A stretch of DNA of 63,721 nucleotides, counting the filler, from Octopus bimaculoides (lineage: Eukaryota), in NCBI RefSeq assembly GCF_001194135.2. It is 7 parts of 7 records of this genome, joined end to end, with 100 filler letters (N's around TTAATTAATTAA, not from the genome) between each part and the next. Parts side by side here need not be neighbours in the genome. Positions count along the whole stretch, not along the records: positions 1 to 24,974 come from NC_069004.1; 6 more parts are not named here. One strand, given 5' to 3'. Position numbers and translations under genes: made by a program. This document shows positions 1 to 11,798 of this stretch, in pieces (position 1 is the first letter of the stretch; every line of letters starts with the position of its first letter). The notes under the pieces were generated by a model. It was not told where the DNA came from. It did no database searches and worked only from the letters and a program-made list of their open reading frames with translations.

Positions 1-99
1 ATATATAATGTACTGTTCAGTGATAGAGATTTCGACAAAAAAGTACGCCATCTGGTGTAAAACTACGACATCTGGATGCAAAGTAGTATCGAAACGCTG

Positions 100-464
100 T
101 CTGTCTCCACATTTTGCGTTCAAATTTCGTCGACGTTGACTTTGCCTTTCATCCTTTCGGGGTCGATAAATTAAGTACCAGTGGAGTACTAGGGTCGATG
201 TAATCAACTAGGCCCCTTCCCCAAAATTTCAGGCCTTGTACCTTCAGTAGAAAGGATTATTATTAAGCTGGCAGAATCGTTAGCACACCGAACAAAATGC
301 TTAGCAGCATTTCGTCCGTGTTAACGTACTTGGTTCAAACTTCGCCAAGGTCGACTGTGCTTTTCATCCTTTCGGGGTCGATAAACTAAGCACCAGTTGA
401 GTCCTGGGGTCGGGCCTTGTGCCTAGAGTAGAAAGGATTATTATTATCATTATTGGATTAGCAG

Positions 465-502
<38 letters not shown>

Positions 503-720
503 CATCATCATCATCATTGCACTGTAGAAAATGTGTAGCGGCATTTTTTCCGGCCCTTTACTTTCTGAGTTCAAATACCGCCGGGACTGACTTTTCCTTT
601 CATCCTTCTGGGGCGGGGGTCGAAGCAAAATGAATACCAGTTGAGCACTAAAGGTCAGTGTAATCGACTTTGCCCCTCCCCTCGAACTTGCTGGCCTTGT
701 GCCAAAGTTTGAAACCGTTA
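100..720 (+). mobile_element. Three head-to-tail copies of tRNA-derived SINE family A (about 100-263, 266-445, 530-720)
   Basis: Repeated core GAGTTCAAAT (B-box-like)...GTCGACTTTGCCTTTCATCCTTTCGGGGTCGATAAATTAAGTACCAG, and tails ending in (ATT)n. The core resembles the Meta/MESC SINE central domain from memory; alignment needed. Confidence 0.85.
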
Positions 721-760
721 TCATTATTATTATTATTACTACTACTACTACTACTATTCT

Positions 761-795
<35 letters not shown>

Positions 796-1054
796 TTCTT
801 ACTACTACTATTCTTACTACTACTACTACTACTACNNNNNNNNNNNNNNNNNNNNNNNNNNNNNNNNNNNNNNNNNNNNNNNNNNNNNNNNNNNNNNNNN
901 NNNNNNNNNNNNNNNNNNNNNNNNNNNNNNNNNNNNNNNNNNNNNNNNNNNNNNNNNNNNNNNNNNNNNNNNNNNNNNNNNNNNNNNNNNNNNNNNNNNN
1001 NNNNNNNNNNNNNNNNNNNNNNNNNNNNNTTTTTTTTTTTTTTTTTCATCCTTG

Positions 1055-1278
1055 GGCGATGAGCTGGCAGAGACGTTAGCACGCCGGGCGAAATGCTTAG
1101 CGGTATTTCGTTTGCTGCTAAGTTCTGAGTTCAAATTCCGCTGAGGTCGACTTTGCCTTTTATCCTTTCGGGGTCGATAAATTAAGTACCAGTAAAACAC
1201 TGAGGACGAAGTAATCAATTAGTCCCCTCTCCCCCACAGCAAATGCCAGGTCCTGTGCCTATAGTAGAAAGGGTTACT
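1055..1278 (+). mobile_element. SINE family A, near full length
   Basis: Head GGCGATGAGCTGGCAGAGACGTTAGCACGCCGGGCG, central domain, and tail GTGCCTATAGTAGAAAGG. Confidence 0.9.
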
Positions 1279-1384
1279 GCAACTACTACTACACCAGCGC
1301 ATGCTAATTTACTTTTTAATTTCAATCTCCTTATTTTAGGGAGAATCATGGGTGACGCTTAAAGTGCACTAATTAATTACTGTG

Positions 1385-1760
1385 AAGGCGCAATGGCCCT
1401 TTGGTTAGGGCAGCGGACTCGCGGTCATAGGATCGCGGTTTTGATTCCCAGACCGGGTGTTGTGAGTGTTTATTGAGCGAAAATATCTAAATCTCCAAGG
1501 GGCTCCGGCAGGAGGTGGTGGCGAACCCTGCTGTACTCTTTCACCACAACGTTCTCTCACTCTTTCTTCCTGTTCCTGTTGTGCCTGTATTTCAAAGGGA
1601 CCAGCCTTGTCACACTCTGTGTCACGCTGAATCTCTCCGAGATCTAAGTTAAGGGTACACGTGTCTGTGGAGTGATCAGCCCCTTGCATGTTAATTTCAC
1701 GAGCAAGCTGTTCCGTTGATCGGATCAACTGGAACCCTCGACGTCGTAACCAACGGAGTG
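1385..1760 (+). mobile_element. tRNA-derived SINE family C, near full length
   Basis: tRNA-like head (GGCGCAATGGCCCTTTGGTTAGGGCAGCGG...GGTTTTGATTCCC). Its 3' part recurs inverted at 50625-50814 and 43625-43720. Confidence 0.75.
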
Positions 1761-1794
1761 ACGTAGTAAATTAAATACCACAAGATTTTTTGTT

Positions 1795-2030
1795 GTCGTT
1801 GTCTTCCATGGTTTCTTCAACTCCTAGGCTAAATCCTGATATTTCTCAATTTTCTCCACTTCTTTGCTAATCGGTTCTGCTATCACAGGGAATTGCAAAA
1901 TCTATCATTTTATGCAATTTGTTTATTTTGTCCTCTCTGATCATATCTGGTCTCCTTGCTTCAATAGTTTGGTCAGTCTTTATGGAAAACTCTCACAAGA
2001 TTTTGTAACTCTCATTTTCCATCACAGCCT
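1795..2030 (-). mobile_element. R4/Dong-type non-LTR retrotransposon relic, restriction-like endonuclease region
   Basis: Minus-strand translation with stops and frameshift: VMENESYKIL*EFSIKTDQTIEARRPDMI...MIDFAIPCDSR..KEVEKIEKYQDLA*ELKKPW. This fits the RLE PD..D motif. Confidence 0.8.
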
Positions 2031-2171
2031 GAGAGAGCAGTGCATGCCATCAAAGTGACACTGGGGTACAAATATACGAAGCCCAATATACCCTTCATGA
2101 CTACCTGTCTAATAAGGGTACACCAGGCACATGCATCACAACCATAAGTCCCAGACATGTTGATTTTATGA

Positions 2172-2335
2172 TTATCATTATTCAGTAGTTCTACTTTTAT
2201 AACGTGCTTTCACTTCACTACCGAGCGCAGCTCTGTGCGCCTTGGGTATGTGCTGTGGTTTGCTGTGGTGCTCTTATGTTTACTGTATTGAAAGTGTTTT
2301 GCGTAGGATGTGTGCAGTGCCCAGTAACTATTATT
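2172..2335 (-). mobile_element. 5'-truncated R4/Dong 3' end (GTAHILRK motif plus 3' UTR) in an ATT array
   Basis: Minus strand reads ...LLGTAHILRKTLSIQ* then the UTR. Near-identical copy at 49072-49255. Confidence 0.8.
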
Positions 2336-2422
2336 ATTATTGAGTGAGAGAGAAGCGCATGCCATCAAAGTGACACAGGGGTACAAATATACGAAGCCCA
2401 GTATACCCTATTATTATTATTA

Positions 2423-2477
<55 letters not shown>

Positions 2478-2478
2478 A

Positions 2479-2672
2479 GCGGGAAGGTGACAGAATCGTT
2501 AGTTCGCCAGGCAAAATGCTCATCGGTATTTCGTCCGTCTTTTTACGTTCTGCGTTCAAATGCCTCCGGGGTCGATGAAATAAGTACCAGTTACGCATTG
2601 GGGTCGATGTAATCGACTAACCCCCTTCCTTCAAAAATTTCCAAGGCCTTCTGCCCAGAATAGAAATAATTA
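2479..2672 (+). mobile_element. SINE family A directly after an (ATT)n array
   Basis: Head, central domain and tail are similar to 1055-1278. Confidence 0.8.
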
Positions 2673-2689
2673 TTGTTATTCTACGATCG

Positions 2690-2880
2690 GCCTTCGTAGG
2701 CCTCCTGTCTCCTCTTTGAGAGAATTGTTTATTGTCTGGAATTTATTGTTTCTTTAACAATTATCCTCCTTTTTTTACACACTTTTATGTAACCTCCACT
2801 GTATTGTCCTGTACCGTCCCCAATTCTTTTTTGAAAAACCTTAATGCTTAATAAATGAAACATTATTAAACCCAGCATCC
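2690..2880 (-). mobile_element. Degenerate R4/Dong post-RT fragment
   Basis: Minus strand shows GQY...LKEETGGL, resembling the HGQY...LKKETEGL segment of this clade. Confidence 0.45.
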
Positions 2881-3322
2881 ACTTTCTGAAGCTTCAGTTG
2901 GAGACTAAACTGAAGAGAAACAAGGAGGTTCTGCTCCTCTCTCTGCCGCCTTAGTGAAATTGCTGCAAGGTAAATAAAAATAGCGAACGTGGCCCGAGGG
3001 ATAGGCCTACATCTATGTGCGATTTGTCTCGCTGCGGGAATGCCGGTTGAGGTGGAGTTGGGTCCTTATACATGGTAGATAGAATAATAGGGAATCAGTG
3101 GGGTTCCTAGATTAGCCCTAACGGGTGGAACTTTCTCTGCTGTTTTATATATGACGAAACAGTGACATGCAAACGGGGAGGAACTTAGAAAACGATTGTG
3201 TGGCTCCTGCCGTGTTTTCCAATTTGTTTCTGTTTCAGAATCCTAGGAAATGTTCTCTCCTTCGACTGGTCACACTTTTCAATCGTCACCTTTGTGATAA
3301 TGTACAAATTATCGTTGAGGAC

Positions 3323-4262
3323 GTTGGTTGGCAGAATCGGTAGAGCATCGAACAAAGTGCTTAGCAGCATTTCTTCCGTCTTCTTAGTTCTAATTACCGC
3401 CGGGTTTATCTTTGTCTTTTTTCCCCTCCAGGAAGCGGTAAAATGAAGCACCAGTCAAATAGTGGGCTCAATGTGATCTACTGACTCCCCTCTCCCTAAA
3501 CATCGTTGGCCTTGCATCAAAATTAGAAGGAATTATTACTATTCGGGGCCTTTCCATTTGCGTGCGAAAGATCCCCAGGTTCGATCCCTGGCACCGCCAA
3601 AGTAGACTTAGGCGACAGGCTGGAAGAGGAGGCGGCAAGCTAGCAGAAAGGCAGCGAGCTAGCAGAATCGTTAGCGCACCGAGCAAAATGCCAAACGGCA
3701 TTTCTTCTAGCTTTACTTTCTGAGTTCAAATTCCACCAAGGTCGACTTTGCCTTTCATCCTTTCGGGGATAGATAATATAAGTAGCAGTTGAACATTTGC
3801 ATCGATGTAAGCGACTTAACCCATCCCCTTAAAATTGCTAGCCTGGAGTCTTGCATGCGTATCGGGCTTACTACCTGCAACCTACGGTACCATGCTATCT
3901 GTCTTCTTTTTTTTTGGGGGGGGGGGGTTTCAACTAATTCTTTCTTGATTATTTTGACCATGCTGAAAAGGCAACCCCTTTATAACAGTTCTACTGGGCA
4001 CTCTATTCCGATTTCCTTTATATTCCGATTGATGCCGTCTGATACTAACCCCAAGGACCAATATCATCATCATCATCATCATCATCGTCGTTGTTATAAT
4101 TTCATATTCCTCCGAGGTTGGCTTTGTCTTTTATCTTTTCGGGGTCGATAAATTAAGTACCGGTGAAATACTGGGGTCGATGTGATCGAGTAATCTCCCC
4201 ACCCCAAATTTCAGGCCTTGTGCCTATAATAAAAAGGATTATTATTATTATCATCATCATCA

Positions 4263-4297
<35 letters not shown>

Positions 4298-4780
4298 AAT
4301 ATTATTTGGTAGAATCGTTAGAGCGTCGTAACGAATACTTCAAGGTGTTGATGTTGTGTTCGAATCTCACGGCGCTCAGCGTTGTCTTTCATTCACCTCA
4401 AGTCTCCGCAAATTTCAAGAATCTTTCTCCGGATTCTGCTTTTCTACCGGTCGACAATACCTTGTCTTAGATCCATCATCCTTCAGTCATTTAGACAGCA
4501 GTTTGTTTATTGTGCCGAATGTACCAATTACCATGCGAATGATCGAAAGCTTACTTGCAAAGGCGGTAAGCTGGCAGAACCGTTAAGCACGCAAAAAAAA
4601 ATAGCCTCACGGTATTTCGTCCGTCTTTATGTTCTGAGTTCAAATTACGCCCAGGCCACTTTATCTTTTATCCTTTCGGGGTCGATAAAATAAGTACCAG
4701 TTGATTACTGGAGTCAATGTAATCGACTTACAAACTCCCCCAAAAGTGCTGGACTTGTACCAAAATTTTAGACTAATAAT
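3323..4780 (+). mobile_element. Cluster of co-oriented SINE A copies (about 3323-3540, 3654-3845, 4095-4250, 4562-4780)
   Basis: Each has the GGCAGAATCGTTAGC head and/or TTTCATCCTTTCGGGGTCGAT core. All are on the + strand. Confidence 0.8.
3556..3599 (+). pseudogene. tRNA-Ala(TGC)-like 3' half (pseudo-tRNA or SINE head fragment)
   Basis: Perfect T-arm CCAGG-TTCGATC-CCTGG at 3575-3591, TGC at the anticodon position with a broken stem, and ends ...CACCGCCA. D-arm and 5' acceptor strand are missing. Confidence 0.5.
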
Positions 4781-5284
4781 TATCGGTTTTGACTTCCGCA
4801 ATCTTTTCAATTCTCTGACTTTGGTGCGGATATCTTTTTTTTNNNNNNNNNNNNNNNNNNNNNNNNNNNNNNNNNNNNNNNNNNNNNNNNNNNNNNNNNN
4901 NNNNNNNNNNNNNNNNNNNNNNNNNNNNNNNNNNNNNNNNNNNNNNNNNNNNNNNNNNNNNNNNNNNNNNNNNNNNNNNNNNNNNNNNNNNNNNNNNNNN
5001 NNNNNNNNNNNNNNNNNNNNNNNNNNNNNNNNNNNNNNNNNNNNNNNNNNNNNNNNNNNNNNNNNNNNNNNNNNNNNNNNNNNNNNNNNNNNNNNNNNNN
5101 NNNNNNNNNNNNNNNNNNNNNNNNNNNNNNNNNNNNNNNNNNNNNNNNNNNNNNNNNNNNNNNNNNNNNNNNNNNNNNNNNNNNNNNNNNNNNNNNNNNN
5201 NNNNNNNNNNNNNNNNNNNNNNGGGGGGGGGGAGAAACACAGACACACACACGTATACACACACACACATATATATATATATAG

Positions 5285-5445
5285 TGGGCTTCTTTCAGTT
5301 TCCGTCTACCAAATACACTCACAGAGCATTGGTCGGCCCGAGGCTATAGTAGAAGACACTTGCCCAAAGTGCCACGAAGAGGGACTGAACCTGGAACCAT
5401 GTGGTTGGTAAGCAAGGAACTTCCCACACAGCCAGTTCTGCGTCT
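5285..5445 (-). mobile_element. SINE family B (tRNA head plus CORE-like domain)
   Basis: Reverse complement of GGCTGTGTGGTAAG...GGTTCAGTCCC...GGCACCTTGGGCAAGTGTCTTCTACTATAGCCTCGGGCCGACC. Confidence 0.85.
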
Positions 5446-5519
5446 GTATGGTGGCGTAAATTCTATCACGCTATACTGTTGTATTTTTGTTATATTTTTT
5501 TGGTCCTTTTTATTTTGAT

Positions 5520-5900
5520 CTTCACCTCTATCATCATACCTGGTCACCTGGCTTCAATAAAATGGTCAGTCGTTAGGAATGAATCCTATGCAATCCTCTA
5601 ATTATCATTCTCTATCACAGCTTCTGTTTTAGAGTCCACACACTCGACTAACATCTCCAATGCACTCTTTAACCGACACAGTTATGCATGCACTTATATT
5701 GTCCTTGCGTTAGCTTACTGTATACACTCAAAAGATAGTTAATACTTTCGTCTCTTTTTCCTCATATTCTGCGTTTGCTTTCTGACTGAATGCTATCAAT
5801 TTCTGTCTTTCCCAAATTCGTTTTAATGGATCGTTCCTTGTCGCACAGTTTTTGACGGGGCCATGAAAACGCTTTAAGCATCCTTCTGGAAAGCTTCATC
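5520..5900 (-). mobile_element. R4/Dong relic: CCHC zinc knuckle and start of the RLE
   Basis: Degenerate minus-strand translation ..ESINY.LSVYSKLTQGQYKCMHNCVG*RVHWRC...EAVIENDN*RI..TDHFIEAR*PGMMIE. Confidence 0.65.
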
Positions 5901-5999
5901 GCCAAAACGAACGATGCATAGAAGCATTTTTGAACTGATTTGAAACATTATTTTTCCATTATTGGATTTATCTGGTTTGGCTGAGGTACAAATATCATA

Positions 6000-6165
6000 A
6001 TAATCCTTTCTATTATAGGCACAAAGCCTCAAGTTTGTGAGGTGGGGGTAAGTCGATCAGGATTTGACTGTCACTTAATTTATTGATCCCGAAAGGTTGA
6101 AAGGCAAAGTCGACCTCTGCGGAACTCAGAACGTAGCGACAAGTGAACTACCGCTAAGATTTTGC
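6000..6165 (-). mobile_element. SINE family A, inverted
   Basis: TAATCCTTTCTATTATAGGCACAA...CCCGAAAGGTTGAAAGGCAAAGTCGACCTC is the reverse complement of the A core and tail. Confidence 0.8.
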
Positions 6166-6193
6166 AATAATAATAATAATAATAATAATAATA

Positions 6194-6238
<45 letters not shown>

Positions 6239-6242
6239 ATTA

Positions 6243-6326
<84 letters not shown>

Positions 6327-6344
6327 ATATTAATATCATAAAGA

Positions 6345-6461
6345 CGGTGAGCTGGCAGAATCGTTAGCGCGCTGGATGAACTACTTAGCAATATTTTGCC
6401 CGTCACTACGTTCTGAGTTCAAATTCCACCGAAGTCGACTTGAATTTCATGCTTTTGGGGT
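6345..6461 (+). mobile_element. SINE family A 5' part, truncated by a gap
   Basis: GGTGAGCTGGCAGAATCGTTAGCGCG... directly after a (TAA/TTA)n array. Confidence 0.8.
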
Positions 6462-7229
6462 NNNNNNNNNNNNNNNNNNNNNNNNNNNNNNNNNNNNNNN
6501 NNNNNNNNNNNNNNNNNNNNNNNNNNNNNNNNNNNNNNNNNNNNNNNNNNNNNNNNNNNNNNNNNNNNNNNNNNNNNNNNNNNNNNNNNNNNNNNNNNNN
6601 NNNNNNNNNNNNNNNNNNNNNNNNNNNNNNNNNNNNNNNNNNNNNNNNNNNNNNNNNNNNNNNNNNNNNNNNNNNNNNNNNNNNNNNNNNNNNNNNNNNN
6701 NNNNNNNNNNNNNNNNNNNNNNNNNNNNNNNNNNNNNNNNNNNNNNNNNNNNNNNNNNNNNNNNNNNNNNNNNNNNNNNNNNNNNNNNNNNNNNNNNNNN
6801 NNNNNNNNNNNNNNNNNNNNNNNNNNNNNNNNNNNNNNNNNNNNNNNNNNNNNNNNNNNNNNNNNNNNNNNNNNNNNNNNNNNNNNNNNNNNNNNNNNNN
6901 NNNNNNNNNNNNNNNNNNNNNNNNNNNNNNNNNNNNNNNNNNNNNNNNNNNNNNNNNNNNNNNNNNNNNNNNNNNNNNNNNNNNNNNNNNNNNNNNNNNN
7001 NNNNNNNNNNNNNNNNNNNNNNNNNNNNNNNNNNNNNNNNNNNNNNNNNNNNNNNNNNNNNNNNNNNNNNNNNNNNNNNNNNNNNNNNNNNNNNNNNNNN
7101 NNNNNNNNNNNNNNNNNNNNNNNNNNNNNNNNNNNNNNNNNNNNNNNNNNNNNNNNNNNNNNNNNNNNNNNNNNNNNNNNNNNNNNNNNNNNNNNNNNNN
7201 NNNNNNNNNNNNNNNNNNNNNNNNNNNNA

Positions 7230-7370
7230 CCATCAAAATTCCTTCTCTTTCCAACTATTTGTCCTCTCCTTCGTTCTCTTGTTTGGGAATCCTTCATGCT
7301 GTTTCAGCGACATTTTGGATTGTTCAGGCATCAGATAATACTCTTCCTTTCACTACACACACAGCATAGT
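7230..7370 (-). mobile_element. R4/Dong post-RT fragment
   Basis: Minus strand ..KRTKERTNSWKEKEF.. resembles the WKEK.LHG segment. It is colinear with the 5520-5900 fragment. Confidence 0.45.
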
Positions 7371-7413
7371 TGTACCATCATCATCATCATCATCATCATC
7401 ATCAGTATTATTA

Positions 7414-8093
7414 GGGCGGCGAGGTGGCAAACTCGTTAGCGTGCCGGGCGCAAGATGTTTAGCGGCATTTCCTCCGGCTTCGCGAACGGAGTTCGAATTT
7501 CGCCTAGTTCGACTTTGTCCATTATCCTTTCGGGGACCGATAAAATAAGTACCAGTTGTGCACTGGGGTTGATGCTACTCACTAGCTCCCCTCCCTTAAA
7601 ATTTCAAACCTTGTGCTTATAATAGAAAGAATTATCCTTATCATTATTATTATTATTATTATCATCATTATTATTAGAGTGTTGAGATAGCAAACTTTTT
7701 AGGGCGTCAGACCAAATGCTTGGAGGCATTTCTTCCAACGCTTTACACTCTGAGTTCAAATCTCCCCTGACTTCAGTTTCCCCTTTTATTACTAAAATTG
7801 TTGGTCTTGAAATAAAATTAGAAACATTTATTGTTATCATCATTAATAGTGATAATAATATTGCCATCGTCAAGGCGACGAGCTGGCAGAATCGTTGGCG
7901 CGCCGGCGAAGTCGTTTAGCGGCATTGCGTCCGTCATCACGTTCTGAGTTCAAATTTCAACGAGGTCGACTTCATCTTTCATCTTTTGGGGGATCGATAA
8001 AATAAGTACCGGTTGAGGGCTGAGGTCGATGATGTCGACTTATCCCTCCCCCTTCCCCCAAAATGGCTGCCCTTGTGCCAAAATTTGAAAGCA
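7414..8093 (+). mobile_element. SINE A copies (7414-7636, partial 7680-7770, 7873-8093)
   Basis: Head, core and tail motifs. Two different tail types are present. Confidence 0.85.
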
Positions 8094-8409
8094 GTAGCAG
8101 TAGTAGTAGTAGTAGTTGTTGTTCATGTATTTCTATATATATATATACATATATATGTATGTATGTATATATATGTATGTATATACATATATATGTATGT
8201 ATGTATATATATGTATGTATATACATATATATGTATGTATATAGTTTTTGTTGTTCATGTTTGTTGTCATTATGTATGCTTGATTGTCTTTCTCCCGCGG
8301 AAGAAGGGGACAAAAAGACAAGAAAAAAGAATGTAAATGAAACGTCACCAAGGTCAACAACGAGGCCATCACGATTCAAAGAGAAAGGATGAAACAGCAG
8401 AACATCAGC

Positions 8410-8452
<43 letters not shown>

Positions 8453-8612
8453 CTGACGACAGTACCATCACCGTGGCGGCCATCAAGAAAAGCCACTTAC
8501 TTGCGGAAATTGAAAAAAAAAGAAAATTGAGCCGGCGAAAAATACACAAAAAAAAAGGGAACTAAACAAAAAGAAAGAAAACACAAAACAACCACAAAAG
8601 TAAATTGTTTGC

Positions 8613-8691
8613 TGTCTTATGAATCCTTGTCACTTCTTCATCTCGTCTATACAAGAGTACTGGACGGAGAACTGATAAGGGCTTGAAGGCA
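8613..8691 (+). ncRNA. mir-184: microRNA mir-184 precursor hairpin (mature 3p 8661-8682; predicted 5p 8625-8646)
   Basis: TGGACGGAGAACTGATAAGGGC at 8661-8682 is identical to the conserved bilaterian miR-184-3p as I recall it. The upstream arm CCTTGTCACTTCTTCATCTCGT pairs with it, with G:U wobbles and a few mismatches, leaving a 2-nt 3' overhang. Basal stem is TGTCTT(8613-18)/AAGGCA(8686-91). CNNC motif CGTC lies at 8698-8701, 16 nt after the 3' cut. Confidence 0.95.
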
Positions 8692-9260
8692 TAAATACGT
8701 CTATGCGAACCAGGATCACCGACCGGCAACACTTGAAAAGTACTTTTATGTTCTTAAAACGAAACAAAACAGGGCAAAATAAAATAAAAAAACAACAACA
8801 AAAGAACACATCGCAAAAATGGGAAAATTCAGGAAATGCTACGTTCGACTATGATATCAACAACCACGACGTGTCGTACTTCAAAAACGATAACGGCAGA
8901 CGATAAGGACAATATCTACATACGACAAAAAAAAACAAAAAAACAAAAAAAAAGAAACAAAAACAAAAATGAAATAATGACAAAATAATATAAGAGATTA
9001 TTTAAGCAATTTATAAGAATGGTTCAATGAGTGAATGTATAAATAAATATTTAAATATGATGGCGAGACAACCTAAGAAAAGATCCGACAAGTATTTTCA
9101 TTGGAGTACCTGCAGATTGGTATGAACGCTCTTTGAACGTGTTCACAATATGTAAGTATAAATGTATATATCTATATATGTATATATATATATGTGTATA
9201 GATAGATAGGTATATGTTTATAATATATGTAAATTTACACATATTGTACATGTATGTATA

Positions 9261-9313
<53 letters not shown>

Positions 9314-10061
9314 NNNNNNNNNNNNNNNNNNNNNNNNNNNNNNNNNNNNNNNNNNNNNNNNNNNNNNNNNNNNNNNNNNNNNNNNNNNNNNNNNNNNNNN
9401 NNNNNNNNNNNNNNNNNNNNNNNNNNNNNNNNNNNNNNNNNNNNNNNNNNNNNNNNNNNNNNNNNNNNNNNNNNNNNNNNNNNNNNNNNNNNNNNNNNNN
9501 NNNNNNNNNNNNNNNNNNNNNNNNNNNNNNNNNNNNNNNNNNNNNNNNNNNNNNNNNNNNNNNNNNNNNNNNNNNNNNNNNNNNNNNNNNNNNNNNNNNN
9601 NNNNNNNNNNNNNNNNNNNNNNNNNNNNNNNNNNNNNNNNNNNNNNNNNNNNNNNNNNNNNNNNNNNNNNNNNNNNNNNNNNNNNNNNNNNNNNNNNNNN
9701 NNNNNNNNNNNNNNNNNNNNNNNNNNNNNNNNNNNNNNNNNNNNNNNNNNNNNNNNNNNNNNNNNNNNNNNNNNNNNNNNNNNNTTTCTGTTACAGTTGG
9801 TTCTTTTTTTTTTGTTTACGATTGAGACGATGTTGGTGTTACTGCTGCTGTTGTTGATGATGATGGTGGTGGTGGTGGTGGTGGTGGTGGTTGTGGTGGT
9901 GGTGGTAGTGATGATGTGACGTTGATGACGATGATAATGTTGACGACGACGACGATGATGATAAAGAGGAGGAGACGGAGAAGGAAAAAAGAAGAGGATA
10001 TTGATGATTATGAAGACGACGATGGGGATGACAGCAAGGTCGATGATAACGGAAATGGTGA

Positions 10062-10092
<31 letters not shown>

Positions 10093-10169
10093 AGCACTGG
10101 TTATGTCGGTGGCGTCGAGGAGCATGACTTTGTTAATGTTGGTGATGATGATGATGATGGTGATGATGA

Positions 10170-11660
10170 CGTTGAAAATGATACAACTAATATGGATCAT
10201 GAAATATTTCGATTTTGTTCTTCTCTCAATCATCATTCTTCATTCACCATTCTTTACACTTTAAGCATCAATAAGTACTCTTCTCGTAATTGATTCGTCA
10301 TTCTTTCTATTAGATGATTTCTTTACTGTTCCTTTAAGCATAGTTCATCACTCTTTATTCAACCATCTACACTCTTCATTCTTTATTCGAATTTCTTCAT
10401 TCTTAGACCTTCATTGGTCTTTTCTAATTTTTCACTCTTTAATCTTTAGTCATTATCCCTTTTAGTTCCCCTTCTTTTAATTCATCACTCTTTCTACTTC
10501 AGTCTTACTTTCTACTCTTCGCTCAACCCTTAACCTTAACTTCCCTCTCTGTTTATTATTCTTCACTCTTCAGCTTTCATTACATTTCCGTAAATCTTTA
10601 TTCTTATTCTTCATTCCTCATTTCAATTTTTCGTTCTTTATCATTCATTCCTCACTCTTTCTTCTTCCCTTCTCTTTTTAAATTCTTAATTTTTCATTTG
10701 TCATTTTCACCCTTTATTCATGAGCTCATTTGGTCCCTTGAGTCTTCACACTCTTCACTCTTTAGTCTTTATTCTGGCCTCTTCACTCATTACTCTTTGT
10801 TAAACTTTCTTATTCATACTAAGCATTTCGTTATTCTCCGTCGACTTCCTATTCTTCACTTATCAATTTTTATTCATTATTCCTTCATCACTCGTCCTGC
10901 ATTATTCTTTACGCTTTATAATCTTTATTCATTCTTCATTACTGACAAATATTCTCATTTTTTACTTAATATTTGTTCTTCATTCCTTGCTGTTTCACGC
11001 ATAATGCTTTATTCTTTATTTATCCTTTAATCTCTAAACTTTATTCTCCATTCTCCTTTCTTTAGTCTTTAATGTTATTTCTTTAATCTTCACTCGACAG
11101 TTTTATTCATCCCGCTTCAATCTCTCTTACTTCTTCACTCTTTATTCATACCCCGTCCTTCACTTTTCATACATAATTCTTCAAACTTTATCCTTTCCAC
11201 TTCTTTGTGTATAAATCTTCAATTATCACTCTTTATTTTCCATCATTATTCTTCAACCTTCAGTTTTCAATTTTCCCCCGTTCCTCTTTATACATCACTC
11301 TTCTATGTGTAATCACCAATCATCGGTCCTCAAACGTCACTCTTCAGTATTTTATCTTTAGTCTTTAACGCAGTCTTCACTCACTAGTCTTCAATATTCA
11401 CCCATTTCTCTTTGTTTCACTCTTTGATGTTTTTCTTCAGTCATCAATCTTCTAACATCACTCTTTAAACGTCACTTTCCAATCTTTATCCTTACCTCTT
11501 CAATCTTCACTCATCACTCAACATTTGCCCATTCATCTTTACATTTCACTCTTCCCTTTGTATTCTTCAATCATCAATCTTCAAACATCGTTTTTCAATC
11601 ATTTCTCTTTACACACCATTACATGTAAATCTACATTTCTACCTGTCTCTATTCCCTCCC
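10170..11660. repeat. Pyrimidine-rich cryptic satellite / low-complexity tract
   Basis: The + strand is strongly G-depleted, with recurrent CTTCACTC, TTTATTC and TCTTTA words. Confidence 0.7.
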
Positions 11661-11751
11661 GCTCCACATTTACCTTACATACTATGCATATAGATATATG
11701 TATGAGTGTATATATATGTGTGTGTCTGTGTGTGTGTGTGTGTGTGTGTGT

Positions 11752-11798
<47 letters not shown>

